64,000 bases of DNA from Eledone cirrhosa (Eukaryota): contig OZ024741.1 in assembly GCA_964016885.1 (NCBI GenBank), positions 363,568,001 through 363,632,000 of the forward strand, in the 5' to 3' direction. The notes below the pieces were generated by a model. The model did not search any database and had not been told where the DNA came from. It was given only the letters and a program-made list of their open reading frames with translations. Within the stretch, counting starts at the first letter, position 1, and every line of letters starts with the position of its first letter. A program made the translations under genes and the position numbers. Shown one piece after another: positions 15,001 to 25,894 of the stretch.

Positions 15001-18000
15001 GCTTGGGTTAAGAAGGTTATTTCACAATAACACAGATGTAGGTATAGCTTGGGTTAAGAAGGTTGTTTTACAATAACATAGATGTAGGTATAGCTGTGGT
15101 TAAGAAGGTTGTTTTACAATAACATAGATGTAGCTATAGCTGTGGTTAAGAAGGTTGTTTTACAATAACATAGATGTAGGTATAGCTTGGGTTAAGAAGG
15201 TTGTTTCACAATAACATAGATGTAGGTATAGCTGTGGTTAAGAAGGTTGTTTTACAATAACATAGATGTAGGTATAGCTTGGGTTAAGAAGGTTGTTTTA
15301 CAATAACATAGATGTAGGTATAGCTGGGGTTAAGAAGGTTATTTCACAATAACATAGATGTAGGTATAGCTTGGGTTAAGAAGGTTGTTTTACAATAACA
15401 TAGATGTAGGTATAGCTGTGGTTAAGAAGGTTGTTATACAATAACATTGATGTAGGTATAGCTTGAGTTAAGAAGGTTATTTCACAATAACCTAGATGTA
15501 GGTATAGCTGTGGTTAAGAAGGTTGTTTTACAATAACATAGATGTAGGTATAGCTTGGGTTAAGAAGGTTATTTCACGATAACATAGATGTAGGTATAGC
15601 TGTGGTTAAGAAGGTTATTTCACAATAACATAGATGTAGGTATAGCTTGGGTTAAGAAGGTTATTTCACAATAACATAGATGTAGGTATAGCTTTGGTTA
15701 AGAAGGTTATTTCACAATAACATAGATGTAGGTATAGCTTGGGTTAAGAAGGTTATTTCACAATAAAATAGATGTAGGTATAGCTTGGGTTAAGAAGGTT
15801 GTTTTACAATAACATAGATGTAGGTATAGCTGTGGTTAAGAAGACTATTTCACAATAACATAGATGTAGGTATAGCTTGGGTTAAGAAGGTTATTTCACA
15901 ATAACATAGATGTAGGTATAGCTGTGGTTAAGAAGGTTATTCCACAAAAACATAGATGTAGGTATAGCTGTGGTTGAGAAGGTTATTTCACAATAACATA
16001 GATGTAGGTATAGCTGTGGTTAAGAAGGTTGTTTTACAATAACATAGATGTAGGTATAGCTTGGGTTAAGAAGGTTATTTCACAATAACATAGATGTAGG
16101 TATAGCTTGGGTTAAGAAGGTTGTTTTACAATAACATAGATGTAGGTATAGCTGGGGTTAAGAAGGTTATTTCACAATAACATAGATGTAGGTATAGCTT
16201 GGCTTAAGAAGGTTGTTTTACAATAACATAGATGTAGGTATAGCTGTGGTTAAGAAGGTTGTTTTACAATAACATAGATGTAGGTATAGCTTGGGTTAAG
16301 AAGGTTATTTCACAATAACATAGATGTAGGTATAGCTGTGGTTAAGAAGGTTATTCCACAATAACATAGATGTAGGTATAGCTGTGGTTAAGAAGGTTGT
16401 TTTACAATAAGATAGATGTAGGTATAGCTTGGGTTAAGAAGGTTATTTCACAATAACATAGACGTAGGTATAGCTTGGGTTAAGAAGGTTATTTCACAAT
16501 AACATAGATGTAGGTATAGCTGTGGTTAAGAAGACTATTTCACAATAACATAGATGTAGGTATAGCTGTGGTTAAGAGGACTATTTCACAATAACATAGA
16601 TGTAGGTATAGCTGTGGTTAAGAAGACTATTTCACAATAACATAGATATAGGTATAGCTGTGGTTAAGAAGGCTATTTCACAATAACAAAGATGTAGGTA
16701 TAGCTGTGGTTAAGAAGACTATTTCACAATAACATAGACGTAGGTATAGCTGTGGTTAAGAAGGTTATTTCACAATAACAGAGATGTAGGTATAGCTGTG
16801 GTTAAGAAGGTTATTTCACAATAACATAGATGTAGGTATAGCTTGGGTTTAGAAGGTTGTTTTACAATAACCTAGATGTAGGTATAGCTTGGGTTAAGAA
16901 GGTTATTTCACAATAACACAGATGTAGGTATAGCTGTGGTTAAAAAGGTTATTTCACAATAACATAGATGTAGGTATAGCTGTGCTTAAGAAGGTTGTTT
17001 TACAATAACAGAGATGTAGGTATAGCTGTGGTTAAGAAGGTTATTTCACAATAACGTAGATGTAGGTATAGTTGTGGTTAAGAAGACTATTTCACAATAA
17101 CATAGATGTAAGTATAGCTTGGGTTAAGAAGGTTGTTTTACAATAACCTAGATGTAGGTATAGCTTGGGTTAAGAAGGTTATTTCACAATAACACAGATG
17201 TAGGTATAGCTGTGGTTCAGCAGACTATTTCACAATAACATAGATGTAGGTATAGCTGTGGTTAAGAAGACTATTTCACAATAACATAGATGTAGGTATA
17301 GCTGTGGTTAAGAAGGCTATTTCACAATAACATAGATGTAGGTATAGCTGTGGTTAAGAAGACTATTTCACAATAACATAGATGTAGGTATAGCTTGGGT
17401 TAAGAAGGTTATTTCACAATAACATAGATGTAGGTATAGCTTGGGTTAAGAAAGTTATTTCACAATAACCTAGATGTAGGTATAGCTGTGGTTAAGAAGA
17501 CTATTTCACAATAACATAGATGTAGGTATAGCTTGGGTTAAGAAGGTTGTTTCACAATAACATATATGTAGGTATAGCTGTGGTTAAGAAGGATATTTCA
17601 CAATAACGTAGATGTAGGTATAGCTTGGGTTTAGAAGGTTGTTTTACAATAACCTAGATGTAGGTATAGCTTGGGTTAAGAAGGTTATTTCACAATAACA
17701 TAGAGGTAGGTATAGCTGTGGTTAAGAAGGTTGTTTCACAATAACATAGATGTAGGTATAGTTGTGGTTAAGAAGACTATTTCACAATAACATAGATGTA
17801 GATATAGCTGTGGTTAAGAAGGTTATTTTACAATAACATAGATGTAGGTATAGCTGTGGTTAAGAAGGTTGTTTTACAATAACATAGATGTAGGTATAGC
17901 TTGGGTTAAGAAGGTTGTTTTACAATAACATAGATGTAGGTATAGCTGGGGTTAAGAAGGTTATTTCACAATAACATAGATGTAGATATAGATTGGGTTA

Positions 18001-21000
18001 AGAAGGTTGTTTTACAATAACATAGATGTAGGTATAGCTGTGGTTAAGAAGCTTGTTATACAATAACATAGATGTAGGTATAGCTTGGGTTAGGGAGGTT
18101 ATTTCACAATAACATAGATGTAGGTATAGCTGTGGTTAAGAAGGTTATTCCACAATAACATAGATGTAGGTATAGCTTGGGTTAAGAAGGTTATTTCACA
18201 ATAACATAGATGTAAGTATAGCTGTGGTTAAGAAGGTTATTTCACAATAACATAGATGGAGGTATAGCTGTGGTTAAGAAGGTTGTTTTACAATAACATA
18301 GATGTAGGTATAGCTTGGGTTAAGAAGGTTGTTTTACAATAACATAGATGTAGGTATAGCTGTGGTTAAGAAGGTTGTTTTACAAAAACATAGATGTAGG
18401 TATAGCTGTGGTTAAGAAGGTTGTTTTACAATAACATAGATGTAGGTATAGCTTGGGTTAAGAAGGTTGTTTTACAATAACATAGATGTATGTATAGCTG
18501 TGGTTAAGAAGGTTATTTCACAATAACCTAGATGTAGGTATAGCTGTGGTTAAGAAGGTTGTTTTACAATAACATAGATGTAGGTATAGCTGTGGTTAAG
18601 AAGACTATTTCACAATAACATAGATGTAGGTATAGCTTGGGTTAAGAAGGTTGTTTCACAATAACATAGATGTAGGTATAGCTGTGGTTAAGAAGGTTAT
18701 TTCACAATAACATTGATGTAGGTATAGCTGTGGTTAAGAAGGTTATTTCACAATAACATAGATGTAGGTATAGCTGTGGTTAAGAAGGTTATTTCACAAT
18801 AACATTGATGTAGGTATAGCTTGGGTTAAGAAGGTTGTTTGACAATAACCTAGATCTAGATATAGCTGTGGTTAAGAAGGTTATTTCACAATAACATAGA
18901 TGTAGGTATAGCTTGGGTTAAGAAGGTTATTTCACAATAGCATAGATGTAGGTATAGCTTTGGTTAAGAAGGTTATTTCACAATAACATAGATGTAGGTA
19001 TAGCTTGGGTTAAGAAGGTTATTTCACAATAAAATAGATGTAGGTATAGCTTGGGTTAAGAAGGTTGTTTTACAATAACATAGATGTAAGTATAGCTGTG
19101 GTTAAGAAGACTATTTCACAATAACATAGATGTAGGTATAGCTTGGGTTAAGAAGGTTATTTCACAATAACATAGATGTAGGTATAGCTTGGGTTAAGAA
19201 GGTTGTTTTACAATAACATAGATGTAGGTATAGCTGTGGTTAAGAAGGTTATTTCACTATAACATAGATGTAGGTATAGCTTGGGTTAAGAAGGTTATTT
19301 CACAATAACATAGATATAGGTATAGCTTGGGTTAAGAAGACTATTTCACAATAACATAGATGTAGGTATAGCTTGGGTTAAGAAGGTTGTTTCACAATAA
19401 CATAGATGTAGGTATAGCTGTGGTTAAGAAGGTTATTTCACAATAACATAGATGTAGGTATAGCTGTGGTTAAGAAGGTTATTTCACAATAACATTGACG
19501 TAGGTATAGCTGTGGTTAAGAAGGTTATTTCACAATAACGTAGATGTAGGTATAGCTTGGGTTAAGAAGGTTGTTTCACAATAACATAGATGTAGGTATA
19601 GCTGTGGTTAAGAAGGTTGTTTTACCATAACATAGATGTAGGTATAGCTTGGGTTAAGAAGGTTGTTTCACAATAACATAGATGTAGGTATAGCTGTGGT
19701 TAAGAAGGTTGTTTTACCATAACATAGATGTAGGTATAGCTGTGGTTGAGAAGGTTGTTTTACAATAACATAGATGTAGGTATAGCTGTGGTTAAGAAGA
19801 CTATTTCACAATAACATAGATGTAGGTATAGCTTGGGTTAAGAAGGTTGTTTCACAATAACATAGATGTAGGTATAGCTTTGGTTAAGAAGGTTATTTCA
19901 CAATAACCTAGATGTAGGTATAGCTGTGGTTAAGAAGGTTGTTTTACAATAACATAGATGTAGGTATAGCTTGGGTTAAGAAGGTTATTTCACGATAACA
20001 TAGAGGTAGGTATAGCTGTGGTTAAGAAGGTTGTTTCACAATAACATAGATGTAGGTATAGTTGTGGTTAAGAAGACTATTTCACAATAACATAGATGTA
20101 GATATAGCTGTGGTTAAGAAGGTTATTTTACAATAACATAGATGTAGGTATAGCTGTGGTTAAGAAGGTTGTTTTACAATAACATAGATGTAGGTATAGC
20201 TTGGGTTAAGAAGGTTGTTTTACAATAACATAGATGTAGGTATAGCTGGGGTTAAGAAGGTTATTTCACAATAACATAGATGTAGGTATAGCTTGGGTTA
20301 AGAAGGTTGTTTTACAATAACATAGATGTAGGTATAGCTGTGGTTAAGAAGCTTGTTATACAATAACATAGATGTAGGTATAGCTTGGGTTAAGGAGGTT
20401 ATTTCACAATAACATAGATGTAGGTATAGCTGTGGTTAAGAAGGTTATTCCACAATAACCTAGATGTAGGTATAGCTTGGGTTAAGAAGGTTATTTCACA
20501 ATAACATAGATGTAAGTATAGCTGTGGTTAAGAAGGTTATTTCACAATAACATAGATGGAGGTATAGCTGTGGTTAAGAAGGTTGTTTTACAATAACATA
20601 GATGTAGGTATAGCTTGGGTTAAGGAGGTTATTTCACAATAACATAGATGTAGGTATAGCTGTGGTTAAGAAGGTTATTCCACAATAACATAGATGTAGG
20701 TATAGCTTGGGTTAAGAAGGTTATTTCACAATAACATAGATGTAAGTATAGCTGTGGTTAAGAAGGTTATTTCACAATAACATAGATGTAAGTATAGCTC
20801 TGGTTAAGAAGGTTGTTATACAAAAACATAGATGTAGGTATAGCTGTGGTTAAGAAGGTTGTTTTACAATAACATAGATGTAGGTATAGCTTGGGTTAAG
20901 AAGGTTGTTTTACAATAACATAGATGTATGTATAGCTGTGGTTAAGAAGGTTATTTCACAATAACCTAGATGTAGGTATAGCTGTGGTTAAGAAGGTTGT

Positions 21001-22126
21001 TTTACAATAACATAGATGTAGGTATAGCTGTGGTTAAGAAGACTATTTCACAATAACATAGATGTAGGTATAGCTTGGGTTAAGAAGGTTGTTTCACAAT
21101 AACATAGATGTAGGTATAGCTGTGGTTAAGAAGGTTATTTCACAATAACATAGATGTAGGTATAGCTGTGGTTAAGAAGGTTATTTCACAATAACATTGA
21201 TGTAGGTATAGCTGTGGTTAAGAAGACTATTTCACAATAACATAGATGTAGGTATAGCTTGGGTTAAGAAGGTTGTTTGACAATAACCTAGATCTAGATA
21301 TAGCTGTGGTTAAGAAGGTTATTTCACAATAACATAGATGCAGGTATAGCTTGGGTTAAGAATGTTATTTCACAATAACATTGACGTAGGTATAGCTGTG
21401 GTTAAGAAGGTTATTTCACAATAACATAGATGTAGGTATAGCTTGGGTTAAGAAGGTTATTTCACAATAACATAGATGTAGGTATAGCTTTGGTTAAGAA
21501 GGTTATTTCACAATAACATAGATGTAGGTATAGCTTGGGTTAAGAAGGTTATTTCACAATAAAATAGATGTAGGTATAGCTTGGGTTAAGAAGGTTGTTT
21601 TACAATAACATAGATGTAGGTATAGCTGTGGTTAAGAAGACTATTTCACAATAACATAGATGTAGGTATAGCTTGGGTTAAGAAGGTTATTTCACAATAA
21701 CATAGATGTAGGTATAGCTTGGGTTAAGAAGGTTGTTTTACAATAACATAGATGTAGGTATAGCTGTGGTTAAGAAGGTTATTTCACTATAATATAGATG
21801 TAGGTATAGCTTGGGTTAAGAAGGTTATTTCACAATAACATAGATATAGGTATAGCTTGGGTTAAGAAGACTATTTCACAATAACATAGATGTAGGTATA
21901 GCTTGAGTTAAGAAGGTTGTTTCACTATAACATAGATGTAGGTATAGCTGTGGTTAAGAAGGTTGTTTTACAATAACATAGATGTAGGTATAGCTGTGGT
22001 TAAGAAGGTTATTTCACAATAACCTAGATGTAGGTATAGCTGTGGTTAAGAAGGTTGTTTTACAATAACATAGATGTAGGTATAGCTTGGGTTAAGAAGG
22101 TTGATTCACAATAACATAGATGTAGG

Positions 22127-22492
22127 TGTAGCGGCTGTCTCCCTTGTTTTGATTGGGATCTAGACGGGAGGTGGAGCCCTTTCTGCAACTTCCGGTCAGA
22201 GCCCTATAAAGCTGGCGGCTTTAAGCTTCCTCTATCTCTTTGCCTTTTCGGCACCAGGTCGAAGAGCCTCTCATTTGGCTCTGCCATTAATTTGGCCAAC
22301 AGGCGCCTGGCCTTAGCCAGGCGCCCTCTGCCTGCCGCGTTTGCCTGGCAATCAAAACGGTAACTACTAACTTTGTTTCATTCTAATATCTATCTTTGAC
22401 ATGTCAAGTATTCTATCTACCGTTAATTAAATATTATATACACAAACAATGTCTCGTTTTGTTACATTCATGCAACCAGTAATATCGCTATA
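22127..22492 (+). repeat. 5' LTR (TGTAGCG...CGCTATA)
   Basis: TATAAA at 22205-22210, 10-bp hairpin at 22302-22325, ATTAAA at 22426-22431, imperfect terminal inverted repeat. Confidence 0.95.
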
Positions 22493-22493
22493 T

Positions 22494-22525
22494 TGGTGAC
22501 CCCGACGTGATACGAACACGCAGCC
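22494..22525 (+). promoter_or_regulatory. Primer binding site complementary to the tRNA-Trp(CCA) 3' end, extended through the T-arm
   Basis: TGGTGACCCCGACGTGAT-A-CGAACACGCAGCC, 1 nt after the LTR. The first 18 nt match the canonical tRNA-Trp PBS known from avian sarcoma/leukosis viruses. Confidence 0.93.
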
Positions 22526-22718
22526 GTTCATCGCTATAAGTGGTCACCCCCAAAAAAAGAAAAAAATAGCACATCTGGTTTTGTGAGTAACATTACGAAT
22601 ACACAGCAAATTTAGCGACAAACTATGAAAATACTCAAGGACACGCACACACGCACATGTGGAATTCGCACAGACATACTTTTTCTCTCACGCATCAATT
22701 AACTGTCGCATTTCACCA

Positions 22719-22848
22719 ATATATATATATATGTTTCTCGTTTCTTACAACGAACACTTTCAAAACAAAAAAAACATTTCACGATATATATATATGTTTC
22801 TCGTTTCTTACAACGAACTCTTTCAAAACACAAAAAAAAAAAAAAAAG
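22719..22848 (+). repeat. Two-copy ~65-bp direct duplication inside the LTR element
   Basis: ATATATATATATGTTTCTCGTTTCTTACAACGAAC(A/T)CTTTCAAAACA occurs twice, each followed by an A-tract. Confidence 0.9.
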
Positions 22849-23858
22849 AAATTTGATATTCTTTAAAAAACATTTCAACAGGAACATTTATTTTCGATGA
22901 ACCATTGCCTTTTGTTCTTCGTTTTCTTCATCGTTCAAGTTTTTTGTTTTTTTCCAAAGTTCACACCTATAATTATGCTGATTGAAGCCTTTCTTTTTCA
23001 TCATTGTCACTTTCAAAATTGCACTATCATTTTCTCGCGCGTTAGAAATATTTTTTTTCAACCTTGTATTGGCACGTGTAGGCAGCATAAATTCTCGATT
23101 CACTGAGATGTCTCTTACTCACAGACAGCCGCACGCCAGAGATAGCATTTCTCCCCCAAGGATTCTTCAGCCTTAAGCTATATTCTTCTATTTGCCGGTT
23201 TATAAATTTACAATGTAAATTTACCGTTGATAACCGCGCATTTATTAAGAATGCTTATTTCTCTGGTCGCTGGCCTCTTGACCCTTCCAGGTCAACGCAT
23301 TCTCAACATCGACCATCAACTTCGGCTGCTATTTCTAGCACTTTGCGCAACTCATTTTTTTTCTAAAAAAAAATTTTTTTACTGTGAATTTAAACACCGA
23401 ATACGCTCACTCAGCGAGACAACAGCAGCAGCAACAGCAATATAACAGCAACAGCAATACATCAACACAGCTTCACCAAAGCCAGAGAATTTATTTTTGC
23501 AGCACTCTTCCTGTGAGAAAATCCATTCGGAGGTTGGAAATTTCACGATATACCACAGAACAGAAACCACCTGCATTCATTCTCTGGAACACACTTTCTT
23601 TCCAGCTGTCATGTGATTGCACACCTGTGAACTATATTTTGAACTTTGAGCTCTTCTATTACTTTTACTTTATTACATTGTATCTTTGGGTGATGGATAG
23701 ATGGATGTCCAGTCGTTCTCTGGCCAAGAGCGGTTGGCTACCTTGATATCTATCATTGATTTTTCCAGACATTCTTTTGTCGTAATTTTCATGCCTGTTA
23801 CAACATTCTCGCCAACTTGCTACATATTTTCATTTCGATTTTTATACACTAAAATTCT

Positions 23859-23867
23859 GGCGGGAGG
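23859..23867 (+). promoter_or_regulatory. Polypurine tract
   Basis: GGCGGGAGG, 3 nt upstream of the 3' LTR start. Confidence 0.7.
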
Positions 23868-23870
23868 TTA

Positions 23871-24236
23871 TGTAGCGGTTGTCTCCCTTGTTTTGATTGG
23901 GATCTAGACGGGAGGTGGAGCCCTTTCTGCAACTTCCGGTCAGAGCCCTATAAAGCTGGCGGCTTTAAGCTTCCTCTATCTCTTTGCCTTTTCGGCACCA
24001 GGTCGAAGAGCCTCTCATTTGGCTCTGCCATTAATTTGGCCAACAGGCGCCTGGCCTTAGCCAGGCGCCCTCTGCCAGCCGCGTTTGCCTGGCAATCAAA
24101 ACGGTAACTACTAACTTTGTTTCATTCTAACATCTATCTTTGACATGTCAAGTATTCTATCTACCGTTAATTAAATATTATATACACAAACAATGTCTCG
24201 TTTTGTTACATTCATGCAACCAGTAATATCGCTATA
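23871..24236 (+). repeat. 3' LTR
   Basis: 366-bp repeat of 22127-22492, followed by the TAGG TSD. Confidence 0.95.
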
Positions 24237-25528
24237 TAGGTATAGCTGTGGTTAAGAAGGTTATTTCACAATAACATAGATGTAGGTATAGCTGTGGTTA
24301 AGAAGGTTAGTTCACAATAACATTGACGTAGGTATAGCTGTGGTTAAGAAGGTTATTTCACAATAACGTAGATGTAGGTATAGCTTGGGTTAAGAAGGTT
24401 GTTTCACAATAACATAGATGTAGGTATAGCTGTGGTTAAGAAGGTTGTTTTACGATAACATAGATGTAGGTATAGCTTGGGTTAAGAAGGTTGTTTTACA
24501 ATAACATAGATATAGGTATAGCTGTGGTTGAGAAGGTTGTTTTACAATAACATAGATGTAGGTATAGCTGTGGTTAAGAAGACTATTTCACAATAACATA
24601 GATGTAGGTATAGCTTGGGTTAAGAAGGTTGTTTCACAATAACATAGATGTAGGTATAGCTTTGGTTAAGAAGGTTATTTCACTATAACATAGATGTAGG
24701 TATAGCTGTGGTTAAGAAGGTTATTTCACAATAACATTGATGTAGGTATAGCTTGAGTTAAGAAGGTTATTTCACAATAACCTAGATGTAGGTATAGCTG
24801 TGGTTAAGAAGGTTGTTTTACAATAACATAGATGTAGGTATAGCTTGGGTTAAGAAGGTTATTTCACGATAACATAGATGTAGGTATAGCTGTGGTTAAG
24901 AAGGTTATTTCACAATAACATAGATGTAGGTATAGCTTGGGTTAAGAAGGTTATTTCACAATAACATAGATGTAGGTATAGCTTTGGTTAAGAAGGTTAT
25001 TTCACAATAACATAGATGTAGGTATAGCTTGGGTTAAGAAGGTTATTTCACAATAAAATAGATGTAGGTATAGCTTGGGTTAAGAAGGTTGTTTTACAAT
25101 AACATAGATGTAGGTATAGCTGTGGTTAAGAAGACTATTTCACAATAACATAGATGTAGGTATAGCTTGGGTTAAGAAGGTTATTTGACAATAACATAGA
25201 TGTAGGTATAGCTGTGGTTAAGAAGGTTATTTCACTATAACATAGATGTAGGTATAGCTGTGGTTGAGAAGGTTATTTCACAATAACATAGATGTAGGTA
25301 TAGCTGTGGTTAAGAAGGTTGTTTTACAATAACATAGATGTAGGTATAGCTTGGGTTAAGAAGGTTATTTCACAATAACATAGATGTAGGTATAGCTGTG
25401 GTTGAGAAGGTTGTTTTACAATAACATAGATGTAGGTATAGCTGTGGTTAAGAAGGTTGTTTTACAATAACATAGATGTAGGTATAGCTTGGGTTAAGAA
25501 GGTTGTTTCACAATAACATAGATGTAGG

Positions 25529-25894
25529 TGTAGCGGTTGTCTCCCTTGTTTTGATTGGGATCTAGACGGGAGGTGGAGCCCTTTCTGCAACTTCCGGTCA
25601 GAGCCCTATAAAGCTGGCGGCTTTAAGCTTCCTCTATCTCTTTGCCTTTTCGGCACCAGGTCGAAGAGCCTCTCATTTGGCTCTGCCATTAATTTGGCCA
25701 ACAGGCGCCTGGCCTTAGCCAGGCGCCCTCTGCCAGCCGCGTTTGCCTGGCAATCAAAACGGTAACTACTAACTTTGTTTCATTCTAACATCTATCTTTG
25801 ACATGTCAAGTATTCTATCTACCGTTAATTAAATATTATATACACAAACAATGTCTCGTTTTGTTACATTCATGCAACCAGTAATATCGCTATA
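25529..25894 (+). mobile_element. Solo LTR
   Basis: 366 bp, flanked by TAGG on both sides. Carries the 3'-LTR alleles at all three diagnostic sites. Confidence 0.95.

Larger units (their letters stand above)
22127..24236 (+). mobile_element. Non-autonomous LTR retroelement (TRIM-like, 2110 bp), probably mobilised by a Ty3/Gypsy element using tRNA-Trp (CsRn1/Kabuki-like)
   Basis: Two 366-bp direct repeats (22127-22492, 23871-24236) with 3 visible differences. 4-bp TSD TAGG (22123-26, 24237-40). PBS TGGTGACCCCGACGTGAT at 22494. Purine tract before the 3' LTR. No gag/pol ORF in the 1378-bp interior. Clade assignment is inference. Confidence 0.95.

Noticed and set aside
22494-22525. tRNA-Trp gene on the minus strand
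   Set aside because: Only the 3' 32 nt, including the post-transcriptional CCA, directly next to an LTR; this is a PBS.
23131-23175. Hammerhead ribozyme (retrozyme) core on the minus strand, CTGAAGA...GAAA
   Set aside because: Stem II lacks its closing pair, and no NUH site with stem I could be formed. It is also outside the LTRs. An Infernal scan would settle it.
22657-23907. Short ORFs in the LTR interior, including the poly-Q ORF 23384-23746
   Set aside because: Low complexity, mostly non-ATG starts, no gag zinc knuckle, protease, RT or integrase motifs.
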